A stretch of DNA of 64,000 nt, taken from an uncultured Candidatus Saccharibacteria bacterium (GTDB taxonomy: Bacteria; Patescibacteriota; Dojkabacteria; J137). The position numbers and the translations under genes are program-made. The stretch lies in assembly GCA_965230975.1 (NCBI GenBank), contig OZ246402.1, positions 800,859 through 864,858 of the forward strand. Reading direction: 5' to 3'. Positions 1 to 9,348 of the stretch are shown one piece after another. The notes below the pieces were generated by a model. It did no database searches and had not been told where the DNA came from. It saw only the letters and a program-made list of their open reading frames with translations. Within the stretch, counting starts at the first letter, position 1. Each line of letters opens with the position of its first letter.

Positions 1-13
1 ATCAAAAATTAAT

Positions 14-895
14 ATGCTAACTCAGATTTATATTGACACTGGAAGTATGACATCTGATGCTCTTTTTGAAACGGGAAAATGGAAAAGATCTTATTTAAAC
101 GGAAATGATTTAATTTTAAACAACCAGCAACTTCCAGAAAAAGCTAAAACAAAGTCTGAAATTTTGAACTATATTTCAAACCTATCATTACAAATCAATA
201 ACATTTCAAGGCTTTTAGATGGTGGAGAATTGATATACTCACTTAGCAGCATAAATAGTTATACTTTAAAGCTTTTAGCAGAAGATGATTCTAGCGTAAA
301 AGGGTTTTACGATGAAAGATTTATAAATAATGAAGAAGCATTATTAATTGAAATATCCGCAATTAAGAAATCTAGAAACGAGGCAAGACAAAAAAATATA
401 TCTTTAAACCTTTCAGGTATTAGAAATTATTCTAATCTAATGAAAATAAAGAGAATAATATCTTCGGAAGGGTTAAGAAGATCGCCAAGCTTTAAAATGT
501 TTGCAGAGTTAAGCATAACATCCTTTGCATTTGATATAGATCAAATTGATTCAGATGATGTTGATGGCATAATAATAGATTTAGATGGATTTATAAAAAA
601 CTCTACCTTGAAAACAACTCTATTAGAAAAAGACTATTTATCTACAATAGAGCAACTAAAGAAAGTTAAACAAATAGCAAAAGAAAAAAAACTTACTTTA
701 GGTGTAAGACTAGAATCAGAATTACCCAACAATGTATTTAAAGAAGTTATTTTATTACAACCAACAATCTTAATAGCTTCATTTAAGTTAAATGATAATC
801 ATATTCAGCTTATTAAAGATACTGAAAAGGAGTTTTTTGAAAACATGCTTGTTCCACTGAATAAAAGAGGGAGAAAAATCAAAAAGCTATTTTAA
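14..895 (+). CDS. hypothetical protein
   Basis: 293-aa ORF from the six-frame track. No recognisable motif. Codon usage is consistent with its neighbours. Confidence 0.45.
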   Translation: MLTQIYIDTGSMTSDALFETGKWKRSYLNGNDLILNNQQLPEKAKTKSEILNYISNLSLQINNISRLLDGGELIYSLSSINSYTLKLLAEDDSSVKGFYDERFINNEEALLIEISAIKKSRNEARQKNISLNLSGIRNYSNLMKIKRIISSEGLRRSPSFKMFAELSITSFAFDIDQIDSDDVDGIIIDLDGFIKNSTLKTTLLEKDYLSTIEQLKKVKQIAKEKKLTLGVRLESELPNNVFKEVILLQPTILIASFKLNDNHIQLIKDTEKEFFENMLVPLNKRGRKIKKLF

Positions 896-934
896 GCATT
901 AAATGTTTAGTAAACAGTACTAAAGTTTTATAAG

Positions 935-2176
935 CTATTCATATCTAAGGGCATCTATTGGGTTTAACCTAGCAGCCTTTAAAGCAGGGTACAAACCAAA
1001 CACAATTCCAATAAAACTAGATACTCCAACAGCTAGTAAAATTGAATCTATAGTAATAACACCTTCAAAGCCTAGTGCCTGACTTGCTAAGCTACTTATT
1101 AAAAACCCTATTACTATTCCAAAAACTCCACCAATCACTGTTAATAATAAAGCCTCTGTTAAAAATTGAACTAGAATATCAAAAGTTTTTGCCCCAACTG
1201 CTTTTCTTAAACCAATTTCCCTGGTTCTTTCAGTTACAGATACAAGCATAATGTTCATTATGCCAATTCCACCAACCAACAAAGATATTGCCGCTATACC
1301 AGATAAAAGAGCTGTTAAAACTCCTGTAATTTGACCGGCAACTGAAAGTAAATCTTGTGGAGTAATAATACTAAAGTCTGCAGATTCTGAACTTTCAATT
1401 TGGTGATTCTTTAATAGAATGTCTGTTATTTGCGTTTTAGCTTGTTCAATTTTATCTTCTGAAACAGCTGTTAAAATAAATGAATTGTAGTATTTTGTAT
1501 CAATTAAATCTAGTGCTACATAATCTGGAATAAACACGCTGTAGTTAGGGGTATTTGCAGAGAAATTACTTTCGGGTTCCTCTTCTAAAACTCCAACAAC
1601 GTTAAATTCCGTGCCTCTTATATTTACAGTTTGATTAAGAGGATCTTCTTCTATAAAAAGTTCTTTTGCAACTTTTGACCCTAAAATTGCACTGTAAGAT
1701 TCACGGGTATTATATACGCTACCACTAATAATATTTAAATTTGAAATTAAAAAATATTTTGGAGAAACACCCACCACAGTAGATAAAAGCTCTTTATCGT
1801 TGTATTTAATATTGGCATTAGTAGTTAGCGAACCCGCTACTTCAGATACAAATTCTTTATCAAAAGTAAGAGATTCTAAAGAAGTTAAATCATCTTTTGT
1901 TAAAGATTGAGTTTGGCCAAATTGCCTGGGTGCATTAGATTGCCCACTAGCAAAATTGCTTGCTCTAGAAAATCCACTGCCAGAAACAACGTTTAATCTA
2001 GAAGAACCTAAAGAACTTATTTCACCTTTAATTTCTTGCTGAACACCATTACCTAAAGCAACTAAACCAATCACAGAACCAATACCTATTATTATTCCTA
2101 AAGTTGTTAAAAAACTTCTGGCTTTATTTGCAAAAATAGATATTAAGGATTGTTTTATTAATTTAAAAAATTTCAT
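935..2176 (-). CDS. ABC transporter permease, FtsX/MacB family
   Basis: 413 aa. N-terminal TM helix (LTTLGIIIGIGSVIGLVALG), a large extracytoplasmic domain and three C-terminal TMs ending ...LKAARLNPIDALRYE, the typical FtsX/MacB C-terminus. It overlaps the upstream ATPase gene by 4 bp. Confidence 0.8.
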   Translation of the reverse strand: MKFFKLIKQSLISIFANKARSFLTTLGIIIGIGSVIGLVALGNGVQQEIKGEISSLGSSRLNVVSGSGFSRASNFASGQSNAPRQFGQTQSLTKDDLTSLESLTFDKEFVSEVAGSLTTNANIKYNDKELLSTVVGVSPKYFLISNLNIISGSVYNTRESYSAILGSKVAKELFIEEDPLNQTVNIRGTEFNVVGVLEEEPESNFSANTPNYSVFIPDYVALDLIDTKYYNSFILTAVSEDKIEQAKTQITDILLKNHQIESSESADFSIITPQDLLSVAGQITGVLTALLSGIAAISLLVGGIGIMNIMLVSVTERTREIGLRKAVGAKTFDILVQFLTEALLLTVIGGVFGIVIGFLISSLASQALGFEGVITIDSILLAVGVSSFIGIVFGLYPALKAARLNPIDALRYE

Positions 2177-2856
2177 AATTTTGTTTCATCACTAATAATT
2201 ACTCCGTCTTTAAGTATAATTTTTCTATTTGCATATTGTGCAATCTCATCTTCATGGGTAATCAATATCACCGTGCGCCCTTCTTCATTAATTTCTATAA
2301 ATAAATCCATAATCTCCTTACTTCTTTTAGAGTCTAAATTGCCGGTAGGCTCATCTGCCAAAACGATAGAAGGGTTCATAATTAACGCCCTAGCAATTGC
2401 TACTCTTTGAATTTGACCACCAGAGAGTTGATTGCTTTTATTTCTTGTTTTCTCTTTTAAACCGACTTTTTCTATAAGCTTTTTAGCTTCTGTAACTGTA
2501 TTCTTTTTAGTACCGTAAATAGTTGGTAATAATACATTATCTATAACAGAAGTTCTTGCAAGCAAATTAAATTGTTGAAAAACAAATCCAATTTCTTGAT
2601 TTCGAATTTTTGCTTGATCAGATCCTTTCAATCGACTGACGTTTTTGCCATTTAGTTTGTAAGTACCTGAAGTAGGTTTATCAAGTAAGCCCAATATGTG
2701 CATTAAGGTGGATTTACCAGATCCAGACGGCCCCATAATGGCTACAAACTCACCTTCGTTGATTTGCAAGTTTAAATCTTTAATAGCAAATGTTGTTTCA
2801 CCACCATTTTTATAAGATTTTGACAAATTATTTATTTCTATTAACGGATTTGGCAT
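2173..2856 (-). CDS. ABC transporter ATP-binding protein (MacB/LolD-like)
   Basis: Walker A GPSGSGKST, ABC signature LSGGQIQRVAIARAL, Walker B VLADEPTGNLD and H-loop ITHE. Translationally coupled to the FtsX permease. Confidence 0.9.
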   Translation of the reverse strand: MPNPLIEINNLSKSYKNGGETTFAIKDLNLQINEGEFVAIMGPSGSGKSTLMHILGLLDKPTSGTYKLNGKNVSRLKGSDQAKIRNQEIGFVFQQFNLLARTSVIDNVLLPTIYGTKKNTVTEAKKLIEKVGLKEKTRNKSNQLSGGQIQRVAIARALIMNPSIVLADEPTGNLDSKRSKEIMDLFIEINEEGRTVILITHEDEIAQYANRKIILKDGVIISDETKL

Positions 2857-2998
2857 TAAGTATGATTTTCAAATTTAGACAATTAAATATAATATCATAG
2901 TTTTGTTTAATAAATTTAGCTAATGGACTTAATTTGCAAATTAGGCACTATATATCATTTATAGATTAAAACACCCTTAAAATGTTATAATATAAGGT

Positions 2999-3871
2999 AT
3001 GAATCTAACAAAAGAGCAACAAAATACCTTTATAATGATTACTACTATCTTAATAGTAAGTTTAATTACATTTATTGCAATTTTTAACATTATCTGGGGT
3101 ATTGTGGCACAACCTTTAAACGATGCATTGGGTTCTGTATCCTATTTTCTAAGAACTCAAAATGTAGATTATAACTTTGAAGTTCCAGCAAGTAATAATA
3201 CTCAAGTACAAATAATACAAGAAGATACAAAAGTTTCAGATCAAAATAATACTGCGACTACGGTGCAACAACAATCAGAAAACTATCAAAATGTTACACC
3301 AATTTCAGATGAAGAGGTTAAATCAGAACAACCAAACATAGAAGTTAACTATAACTTTGCTGTGCCAGCTGTTAATACAAACAATGCCGCAATAAACTTT
3401 GAAAGCTATCCAGATGCAATTCTTACAGACGCCATGTTAGCGGGTTATGGATCCGGGTCTGGAACACCTCAAGTAAATTTACAGATTATTATTCCAAAGA
3501 TAGGAGTAAACAGTCCTGTTCTTCAAGGGTTAGGTGCAGATGATTTACTAGAAAGAGGTTTTTGGACGTATCCAGGATCTTATACTTTGGGTGAGGGTGA
3601 AGTTGTAATGTTGTGTCACAGAAGATATTTTGGACCATACGACCCAAGAAGTTGTTGGTTTTTAGATAAAGTTGCAAAAGGTGACGAGATTATAATGAAG
3701 TACGCAGATGTATCTTTAAAATATGAGATTGTAGGGGTTAATGTATTTGATGCAAATGATCCACTAATCTATTCAATTTCTGATACCGATGATTACATTA
3801 AAATAGTAACTTGCACACCTCTATATTCAAATACTCAAAGATTAGTAGTTTTAGCAAAAAGAGCGAATTAA
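2999..3871 (+). CDS. sortase-family transpeptidase-like protein
   Basis: N-terminal TM anchor followed by a long Q/N/T-rich linker. The C-terminal domain has a conserved His (VMLCHRRYFG), the TLxTC-type catalytic Cys motif (IKIVTCTP) and a downstream Arg (TQRLVVLAKR). Confidence 0.55.
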   Translation: MNLTKEQQNTFIMITTILIVSLITFIAIFNIIWGIVAQPLNDALGSVSYFLRTQNVDYNFEVPASNNTQVQIIQEDTKVSDQNNTATTVQQQSENYQNVTPISDEEVKSEQPNIEVNYNFAVPAVNTNNAAINFESYPDAILTDAMLAGYGSGSGTPQVNLQIIIPKIGVNSPVLQGLGADDLLERGFWTYPGSYTLGEGEVVMLCHRRYFGPYDPRSCWFLDKVAKGDEIIMKYADVSLKYEIVGVNVFDANDPLIYSISDTDDYIKIVTCTPLYSNTQRLVVLAKRAN

Positions 3872-3912
3872 ATTGCCTTTACCCAAGTAGATATTCCTTG
3901 TATTATAATAAA

Positions 3913-4584
3913 GTGAATATTTTTCGACTTAGCAACTTAAACATAAAGCTAATTGCCATTTTAATGGCTTCTTTTGTATTGGGCACATCAATTTTAACTC
4001 TATTCACATCCAACTATTACTTACATGCAGACCAGTTAGAAATACTAAATGGACTTTCATTAAGTAGCAATGTTAAAAGCGATCTTCAATTGCAAACGAT
4101 CAAAGTTTTAAATATAGAATCTACAATTCAAGCAAAAGACAATAGAGGATTTGTTTTAGACCAATATTTTCAAAAATACAACTCTCCTTTATTTGGCTAT
4201 GGCAATGTTTTTGTAAAAGCATGTGACCAGTATCAAGCCCCAGAAGACTGCATAACTGTTGCTGCAATTGCTAAACACGAAACCAATTTGTGTACTTACC
4301 CTCACTCAGCAGATATGTTTAACTGTTGGGGTTTTGGAGGTGGCGGAACAAATAGAATAAAATTCTCATCATTTGAAGAATCTATTTTTAGGGTAACAAA
4401 AGTTTTGGCACAACAATATGGAAGGAAATATATGATTGACCCGGAGTTAATGGAAAAAACCTTTTGTGGAACAGAAGACCCCCTATGTGCTGGCTGGGGT
4501 GACAGAGTAAAAATAATTATGAAAGAAATTAACGATTTCTCAATTAGTTTGAATATGGGAGATTTATTTAGTTTAAGAAGATAA
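3913..4584 (+). CDS. secreted/membrane-anchored hypothetical protein, possibly lysozyme-like
   Basis: The ORF-track frame starts at 3811 and would overlap the sortase gene by 61 nt. In-frame GTG at 3913 or ATG at 3964 gives a signal-anchor N-terminus (LIAILMASFVLGTSILTLF). The Cys-rich region VAAIAKHETN...NCWGFGGGG is weakly reminiscent of a lytic transglycosylase/lysozyme-like fold. Confidence 0.4.
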   Translation: MNIFRLSNLNIKLIAILMASFVLGTSILTLFTSNYYLHADQLEILNGLSLSSNVKSDLQLQTIKVLNIESTIQAKDNRGFVLDQYFQKYNSPLFGYGNVFVKACDQYQAPEDCITVAAIAKHETNLCTYPHSADMFNCWGFGGGGTNRIKFSSFEESIFRVTKVLAQQYGRKYMIDPELMEKTFCGTEDPLCAGWGDRVKIIMKEINDFSISLNMGDLFSLRR

Positions 4585-4588
4585 TTTT

Positions 4589-6322
4589 ATGGATGGGTCA
4601 CTACTTTCATTAAGAGATGTTTCAATTATACTAATAACTGGCTCAATTGCCGGCTATATAAGTTTAAGATTAAAGCTCCCAACTATAATAGGCTACATTT
4701 TGGCTGGTGTTTTGCTTTCAATAATACTGCCTTTATTAAACATTACTGGTGGTTTAAATTCTAATTTTGTAGGGCAAATTGCCAGTTTTGGGGTAGCCTT
4801 ACTATTGTTTGCTGCTGGTATAGAATTTTCGGTAAATAATATTAAGAGTATTAAAAACCTGGTTATATTTGGAGTATTGGCTCAAACATTGCTAACTATA
4901 GTATTTGGAATTATATTTATGCCGCTTTTTGGGTTAAGCTCTTACGAAAGTTTATTTGTTGGAGTAGTTGCCGCAACCAGTTCAACAGCATTCGTTTTAA
5001 AAATGCTAGAACAAAACGAAGAGATATCATCTACTGCAAGCAATATAATGATTGGATGGTTAATTGTGCAAGATATTCTTGGAATTGCTTTGTTTTTAAT
5101 ATTAAAAAGTTTTGCTCCAGGTAATACTATAAATATTGTTACACTTGCAGACCCAATTATAAAAAGTCTTTTACTTATAGTTTTAACGTTTACTATTGGT
5201 AAAGTAATAGTACCACCAATTTTCAGAGAAATTTCAAAAACAAGATCCCAAGAATTGTTATTAGTTTCTGTAATTGCTTTAAGTATTGGATTTGCTTTAC
5301 TATCAGAGGTTTTAGGGGTAAGTTATACTCTTGGAGCATTCCTTACTGGTTTAGCATTATCGGGTACTTTTTTAAAGCACGAAATTTTTACAGAAATAAA
5401 ACCCTTAAGAGATTTATTTTCAATGGTGTTTTTTGTTTCAATTGGATCATTATTAAATGTAAGCAGCATATTCAATAATATCCCTATTATTCTTGCGATA
5501 GTAGTTATTGTACTTGGCTTTAAAGTAGTAACTATATTCTTAGTAAATATATTCTTTAAAACCCACCCTAAAAACTCTGCAAAAGTAGCACTTGGGATTT
5601 CGCAAATTGGGGAGTTTGCATTCTTAGCAATTACAATTGCACAGCATAACAATTGGATCAATATAAATTTTTACTCTGTAATTTTGGTTTCCACAGTTAT
5701 TAGCATGACCCTAACTCCTATTTTATATAGCAATTACAGCACTTTGTTTAAGATTTCAGAAAAGATATTTAGCTCTTACTTTCCAGGTTTATATAGAAAA
5801 TACTATCTATCTAAGTTAAAGAGCTCTCAAAAAAGTGAGCTTTCAAATCATGTAATAATTGTTGGTTATGGAAAAGTTGGGAAATATGTTGCCGAGGCTT
5901 TGAATATTTCTAAAGAGGATTATGTTGTAATTGAATTAGATGCAAATTTAATAGAAAAGGCTATTAGCGATAATCACAAGGTCATATTAGGAGATGCTAC
6001 AAACATAGATACTTTAAAAGAGGCAAAAATAGAATTTGCAAAAGCTTTGGTATTGGCATTACCTGAAAGTAATCATGAATTGTTACAAAAACTTATTTTA
6101 GATGTTAAAGATTTAAATAAAGAGATAGAAATAATAGTAAGATCTAGTAAAGTTGTAAATGATACAGATAACATATCTAGCGTTATAGAACCCGAATTTG
6201 AAGCAGCAGTTAGAATCATTTCTAAGATGGAGGGTATTATTAGCGAAAATAAATATAGTTTAGTAAGAAAAATAAGAGCAATAAGGCGAAAAGAGATTAA
6301 AGAAATACTTGAGAATAATTGA
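4589..6322 (+). CDS. monovalent cation:proton antiporter (CPA2/Kef-type) with C-terminal TrkA-N/RCK domain
   Basis: About 12 TM helices over the first ~400 aa, then a Rossmann motif IIVGYGKVGKYVAEAL characteristic of the RCK/TrkA-N domain of KefB/KefC-like exchangers. Confidence 0.75.
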   Translation: MDGSLLSLRDVSIILITGSIAGYISLRLKLPTIIGYILAGVLLSIILPLLNITGGLNSNFVGQIASFGVALLLFAAGIEFSVNNIKSIKNLVIFGVLAQTLLTIVFGIIFMPLFGLSSYESLFVGVVAATSSTAFVLKMLEQNEEISSTASNIMIGWLIVQDILGIALFLILKSFAPGNTINIVTLADPIIKSLLLIVLTFTIGKVIVPPIFREISKTRSQELLLVSVIALSIGFALLSEVLGVSYTLGAFLTGLALSGTFLKHEIFTEIKPLRDLFSMVFFVSIGSLLNVSSIFNNIPIILAIVVIVLGFKVVTIFLVNIFFKTHPKNSAKVALGISQIGEFAFLAITIAQHNNWININFYSVILVSTVISMTLTPILYSNYSTLFKISEKIFSSYFPGLYRKYYLSKLKSSQKSELSNHVIIVGYGKVGKYVAEALNISKEDYVVIELDANLIEKAISDNHKVILGDATNIDTLKEAKIEFAKALVLALPESNHELLQKLILDVKDLNKEIEIIVRSSKVVNDTDNISSVIEPEFEAAVRIISKMEGIISENKYSLVRKIRAIRRKEIKEILENN

Positions 6323-6406
6323 TTTTCATCAAAGAAAGTCATATAATTCACCTGCTCTTAAAAATATCCAGATCTCTTTACTAATAACGTATTGAGTCAA
6401 AGTTAC

Positions 6407-6929
6407 GAGTTGGTAGCTCAGTGGTAGAGCAGTCCCGTTTTACGGGATTGGTCGGGTAAGTTGTAAAATGTTTCTGGGTGTACAAAATCATAGATTGTGT
6501 ACTAACCAAAAGCAAATTACTTTTTGCTTTCGGGGGTTGGTAGCTCAGTGGTAGAGCAGTCCCGTTTACGGGATTGGTCGGTCAAGTTCATTTATAAAGT
6601 TATGGGTTGGTAGCTCAGTGGTAGAGCAGTCCCGTTTTACGGGATTGGTCGGGTAAGTTGTAAAATGTTTCTGGGTGTACAAAATCATAGATTGTGTACT
6701 AACCAAAAGCAAATTACTTTTTGCTTTCGGGGGTTGGTAGCTCAGTGGTAGAGCAGTCCCGTTTTACGGGATTGGTCGGGTAAGTTGTAAAATGTTTCTG
6801 GGTGTACAAAATCATAGATTGTGTACTAACCAAAAGCAAATTACTTTTTGCTTTCGGGGGTTGGTAGCTCAGTGGTAGAGCAGTGGCCTTTTAAGCCATT
6901 GGTCGGGGGTTCGAATCCCCCCCAACTCA
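6407..6929 (+). repeat. 127-bp tandem array seeded by the 5' half of tRNA-Lys(UUU), 4.5 units, ending in an intact tRNA
   Basis: Each unit is a 50-nt tRNA 5' half (acceptor 5' strand, D arm, anticodon arm GTCCC-GTTTTAC-GGGAT, variable loop, first GGG of the T stem) plus a 77-nt spacer (TAAGTTGTAAAATGTTTCTGGGTGTACAAAATCATAGATTGTGTACTAACCAAAAGCAAATTACTTTTTGCTTTCGGG). 5'-half copies lie at 6407-6456, 6534-6582 (degenerate, one T lost, spacer shortened to 21 nt), 6604-6653 and 6731-6780. The unit-5 start at 6858 is the intact tRNA. Unit starts are spaced by exactly 127 bp. Confidence 0.85.
6858..6929 (+). tRNA. tRNA-Lys (anticodon UUU), intact
   Basis: Full cloverleaf: acceptor GGGTTGG/CCAACTC with a G2-U71 wobble, D arm GCTC-AGTGGTA-GAGC, anticodon arm GTGGC-CTTTTAA-GCCAT (UUU), variable loop TGGTC, T arm GGGGG-TTCGAAT-CCCCC and discriminator A. 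CCA is not encoded. Its anticodon-arm sequence differs from the upstream half-copies. Confidence 0.9.
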
Positions 6930-6951
6930 CTTTTCTTCATTTCAAAATCTC

Positions 6952-7206
6952 ATGTATTACGTTTATATTCTTTATTCTAAGTCTATAGATAAATATTATA
7001 TAGGTTATACCTCAAACCTTGAACTTAGAATAGCTCAACATAATTCTGGATTTCATAAATCAAAGTTTACAAGAAAAAACTCATCTGACTGGGATTTAGT
7101 TTATCAAGAAAAATTTAATTCTAAATCTAAAGCCATCATTAGGGAAAAGGAGATCAAATCTTTTAAAAGTAGGTCTTACATTCAATCACTAATAAAGAAT
7201 CTGTAG
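6952..7206 (+). CDS. GIY-YIG nuclease family protein (UPF0213/YazA-YhbQ-like)
   Basis: 84 aa. It has VYILYS...YYIGYT (GIY...YIG) and the downstream LRIAQHNSG...KFTRK...LVYQEKFNSKSKAIIREKEIKSFK pattern of short stand-alone GIY-YIG proteins. The stop codon overlaps the start of the downstream tRNA fragment. Confidence 0.8.
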   Translation: MYYVYILYSKSIDKYYIGYTSNLELRIAQHNSGFHKSKFTRKNSSDWDLVYQEKFNSKSKAIIREKEIKSFKSRSYIQSLIKNL

Positions 7207-7257
7207 AGAAGTCCCGTTTTACGGGATTGGTCGGGGGTTCGAATCCCCCCCAACTCA
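7203..7257 (+). pseudogene. displaced 3' fragment of tRNA-Lys(UUU): D-stem 3' side through discriminator
   Basis: GTAGAGAAGTCCCGTTTTACGGGATTGGTCGGGGGTTCGAATCCCCCCCAACTCA. Its anticodon arm is the GTCCC/GGGAT type seen in the upstream half-copies, and its T arm and acceptor 3' strand are identical to the intact gene. It lacks the acceptor 5' strand and D-stem 5' side. Confidence 0.85.
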
Positions 7258-7358
7258 CTTATAGTCAATTCTCCTTTAGTAATTTAAAAACAGCTTAGTG
7301 TAACTTCAAATCTACAAAAATAAAGTTTAGAATAGATCTATAACTTTTAGATCTCGTT

Positions 7359-8126
7359 ATGAACGAATATGCTTTAATTACCGGAGCGTCAAGTGGAATT
7401 GGATTAGCGTTAGCTTATGAATTTGCAAGTAAAGGTCATAATTTAGTCCTTGTTGCAAGGACTGAAGATACACTCAAAGAAGTTGCAAAAGCATTAGAAT
7501 CGCAATATGCAATTAAAACAGTAATTATCCCCAAAGATTTAAGTAAACCCGAATCGGCAATCCAATTATTTAAAGATATTGAAAAGCAGAATATATACAT
7601 TAAATACTTAGTTAACAATGCAGGAATTGGAGTTGGAGGCAAATATTTAGAATCTAGTATGGAAGATAATGTAAACTTAGTAAATCTCAATATAATTAAC
7701 TTAATAGAACTTACTCACTTATTTGCCAAGAAAATGCTTGCTACGAATGGCGGGAAAGTATTGAATGTTGCATCAATCGCTGCATTTTTTCCTGGGCCAT
7801 ATTTATCTACATACTATGCATCTAAAGCATTTGTATTAAGCTTTACAGAAGGATTAGCTGCAGAATATTCAAACTCTAACGTTACATTTACTGCACTATG
7901 CCCAGGTTTAACAGAATCTAACTTTGGGAAAAGAGCAGGGGTTGAGAAATCAAGCTTTTGGACACAAAAGAAAATGAGTGCCGAAGAAGTAGCAAAAATT
8001 GGGTACAGCGCTATGCAAGCTGGGAAAACTATAATAATTCCAGGTCTAAGTAATAGAATATTTGTAAGCATTGCTAAAAGAATTCCTAGAGCTTTATTAG
8101 CTCAATTTATTAAAAAACTTTTTTAA
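7359..8126 (+). CDS. SDR-family short-chain dehydrogenase/reductase
   Basis: N-terminal TGASSGIGLALA NAD(P)-binding motif, NNAG, and the catalytic YASKAF (YxxxK) motif. Confidence 0.85.
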   Translation: MNEYALITGASSGIGLALAYEFASKGHNLVLVARTEDTLKEVAKALESQYAIKTVIIPKDLSKPESAIQLFKDIEKQNIYIKYLVNNAGIGVGGKYLESSMEDNVNLVNLNIINLIELTHLFAKKMLATNGGKVLNVASIAAFFPGPYLSTYYASKAFVLSFTEGLAAEYSNSNVTFTALCPGLTESNFGKRAGVEKSSFWTQKKMSAEEVAKIGYSAMQAGKTIIIPGLSNRIFVSIAKRIPRALLAQFIKKLF

Positions 8127-8127
8127 T

Positions 8128-9051
8128 ATGAAAAAACTGCTATTAATATCACTTGCAGTAATCTTATTGATAATATTAAGCTTTATTCTAAAGCCTAGTT
8201 CTTCTACCAAAACTCTATTTGGAATTGTTGGATACACACCTGTTGGGTTCCCAAATGCAGGTGTAGAAGAAATGAGCCAATACTTTAAAGATATTAATCA
8301 GTATTCAAACGTTTATGGAATTAATTCAGAGTTAACAGAGGCAGAACAGCTTGCTGCGCTTTTTACCAGAAATATTAGCAAACCACTTATTTTGGTTTTA
8401 GGATACAAAGACGTGAGTTCTACAGAAAAGATAATTAATATATTAAAAGAGAATCCCAATGTTAAGTATTTAGGATTGGGGAATGAAGTTAATTTAATAT
8501 TTAAAGAAGATGAAACTTTGTTTGATTCGTATTTAGCAAATTACCTCAGCTCTTACGACAAGATTAAAGCCATAAACAATCATGTGAAGATATTTCCTGT
8601 ATTTCAATATGAAGCTCTTATTGGCAAAGGAAAGATAATGGGTGGTGAGAATCAAAGTAACATTGAACTTATTAATAGATTTGCTAAAAAGATTGATCTT
8701 ATTGGGCTAACACTTTACCCACATTTTGATTATGCAACTCCACAAGATATTCCAACAAACTACTTTGAAGATATACTCAGGTTTAACTTACCAATTGGTG
8801 TTACAGAAACAAGTTGGCCATCTAGTGTAAATGCATTTTCAGGTGATTTAGCTTATTTAAATACAACAACACAAGAGCAAAAAGATTATGTTGGCTGGAT
8901 AAATATGCAAGATAAAAATAAATTTGAATTTATTAACTGGTTGTTTTTAAACGATATAGATCAAAACAATCAAGCATTTAAAGGTAGTGCATTAAGGGAT
9001 AAAAATGGTATTTCAAAACCATCATTTGACGAGTGGATTAAGTTAAAATAA
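8128..9051 (+). CDS. secreted TIM-barrel glycoside-hydrolase-like protein (clan GH-A-like)
   Basis: Signal anchor. GLGNEVN and IGVTETSWPS resemble the acid/base (NE) and nucleophile (TE) strands of retaining GH-A hydrolases. The family assignment is uncertain. Confidence 0.35.
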   Translation: MKKLLLISLAVILLIILSFILKPSSSTKTLFGIVGYTPVGFPNAGVEEMSQYFKDINQYSNVYGINSELTEAEQLAALFTRNISKPLILVLGYKDVSSTEKIINILKENPNVKYLGLGNEVNLIFKEDETLFDSYLANYLSSYDKIKAINNHVKIFPVFQYEALIGKGKIMGGENQSNIELINRFAKKIDLIGLTLYPHFDYATPQDIPTNYFEDILRFNLPIGVTETSWPSSVNAFSGDLAYLNTTTQEQKDYVGWINMQDKNKFEFINWLFLNDIDQNNQAFKGSALRDKNGISKPSFDEWIKLK

Positions 9052-9119
9052 ACTATACAAAATATTGAGAAATACCTTCTATAGGCTTATTTTAAGTGAT
9101 ATAATTCGTGGCATGTTTG

Positions 9120-9194
9120 GGGTTTGTAGCTCAGTGGTAGAGCAGTCGCCTCTTAAGCGATTGGTCGAGGGTTCGAATCCCTCCAAGCCCACCA
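9120..9194 (+). tRNA. tRNA-Lys (anticodon CUU), CCA encoded
   Basis: Acceptor GGGTTTG/CAAGCCC, D arm GCTC-AGTGGTA-GAGC, anticodon arm GTCGC-CTCTTAA-GCGAT (CUU), T arm GAGGG-TTCGAAT-CCCTC, discriminator A, then CCA. Confidence 0.85.
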
Positions 9195-9275
9195 TAATGT
9201 TCTTTAAAGAGTTTTAAGTTATAAGTTTTGATGGTAAAATCAAAGCGTTCTAAAATCTTAGAACATACACTACAT

Positions 9276-9348
9276 GTGCCCGTAGCTCAGTGGATAGAGC
9301 AACTGCCTTCTAAGCAGTAGGTCATACGTTCGAATCGTATCGGGCATA
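9276..9348 (+). tRNA. tRNA-Arg (anticodon UCU)
   Basis: Acceptor GTGCCCG/CGGGCAT, D arm GCTC-AGTGGATA-GAGC, anticodon arm ACTGC-CTTCTAA-GCAGT (UCU), T arm ATACG-TTCGAAT-CGTAT, discriminator A. No CCA encoded. Confidence 0.8.

Noticed and set aside
3489-3677. 62-aa minus-strand ORF inside the sortase-like gene
   Set aside because: Antisense to the conserved catalytic region.
5323-6351. Minus-strand ORFs of 112 and 92 aa inside the antiporter gene
   Set aside because: Antisense to a well-supported 577-aa CPA2 antiporter ORF. Shadow frames.
6407-6929. Possible CRISPR array (regular repeat-spacer appearance)
   Set aside because: The 'spacers' are identical copies of one 77-nt sequence and the 'repeats' are tRNA 5' halves. 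There is no spacer diversity and no cas genes, so this is a tandem duplication rather than CRISPR.
7436-8071. Two minus-strand ORFs (84 and 85 aa) inside the SDR gene
   Set aside because: Antisense to a gene with the canonical TGxxxGxG and YxxxK motifs.
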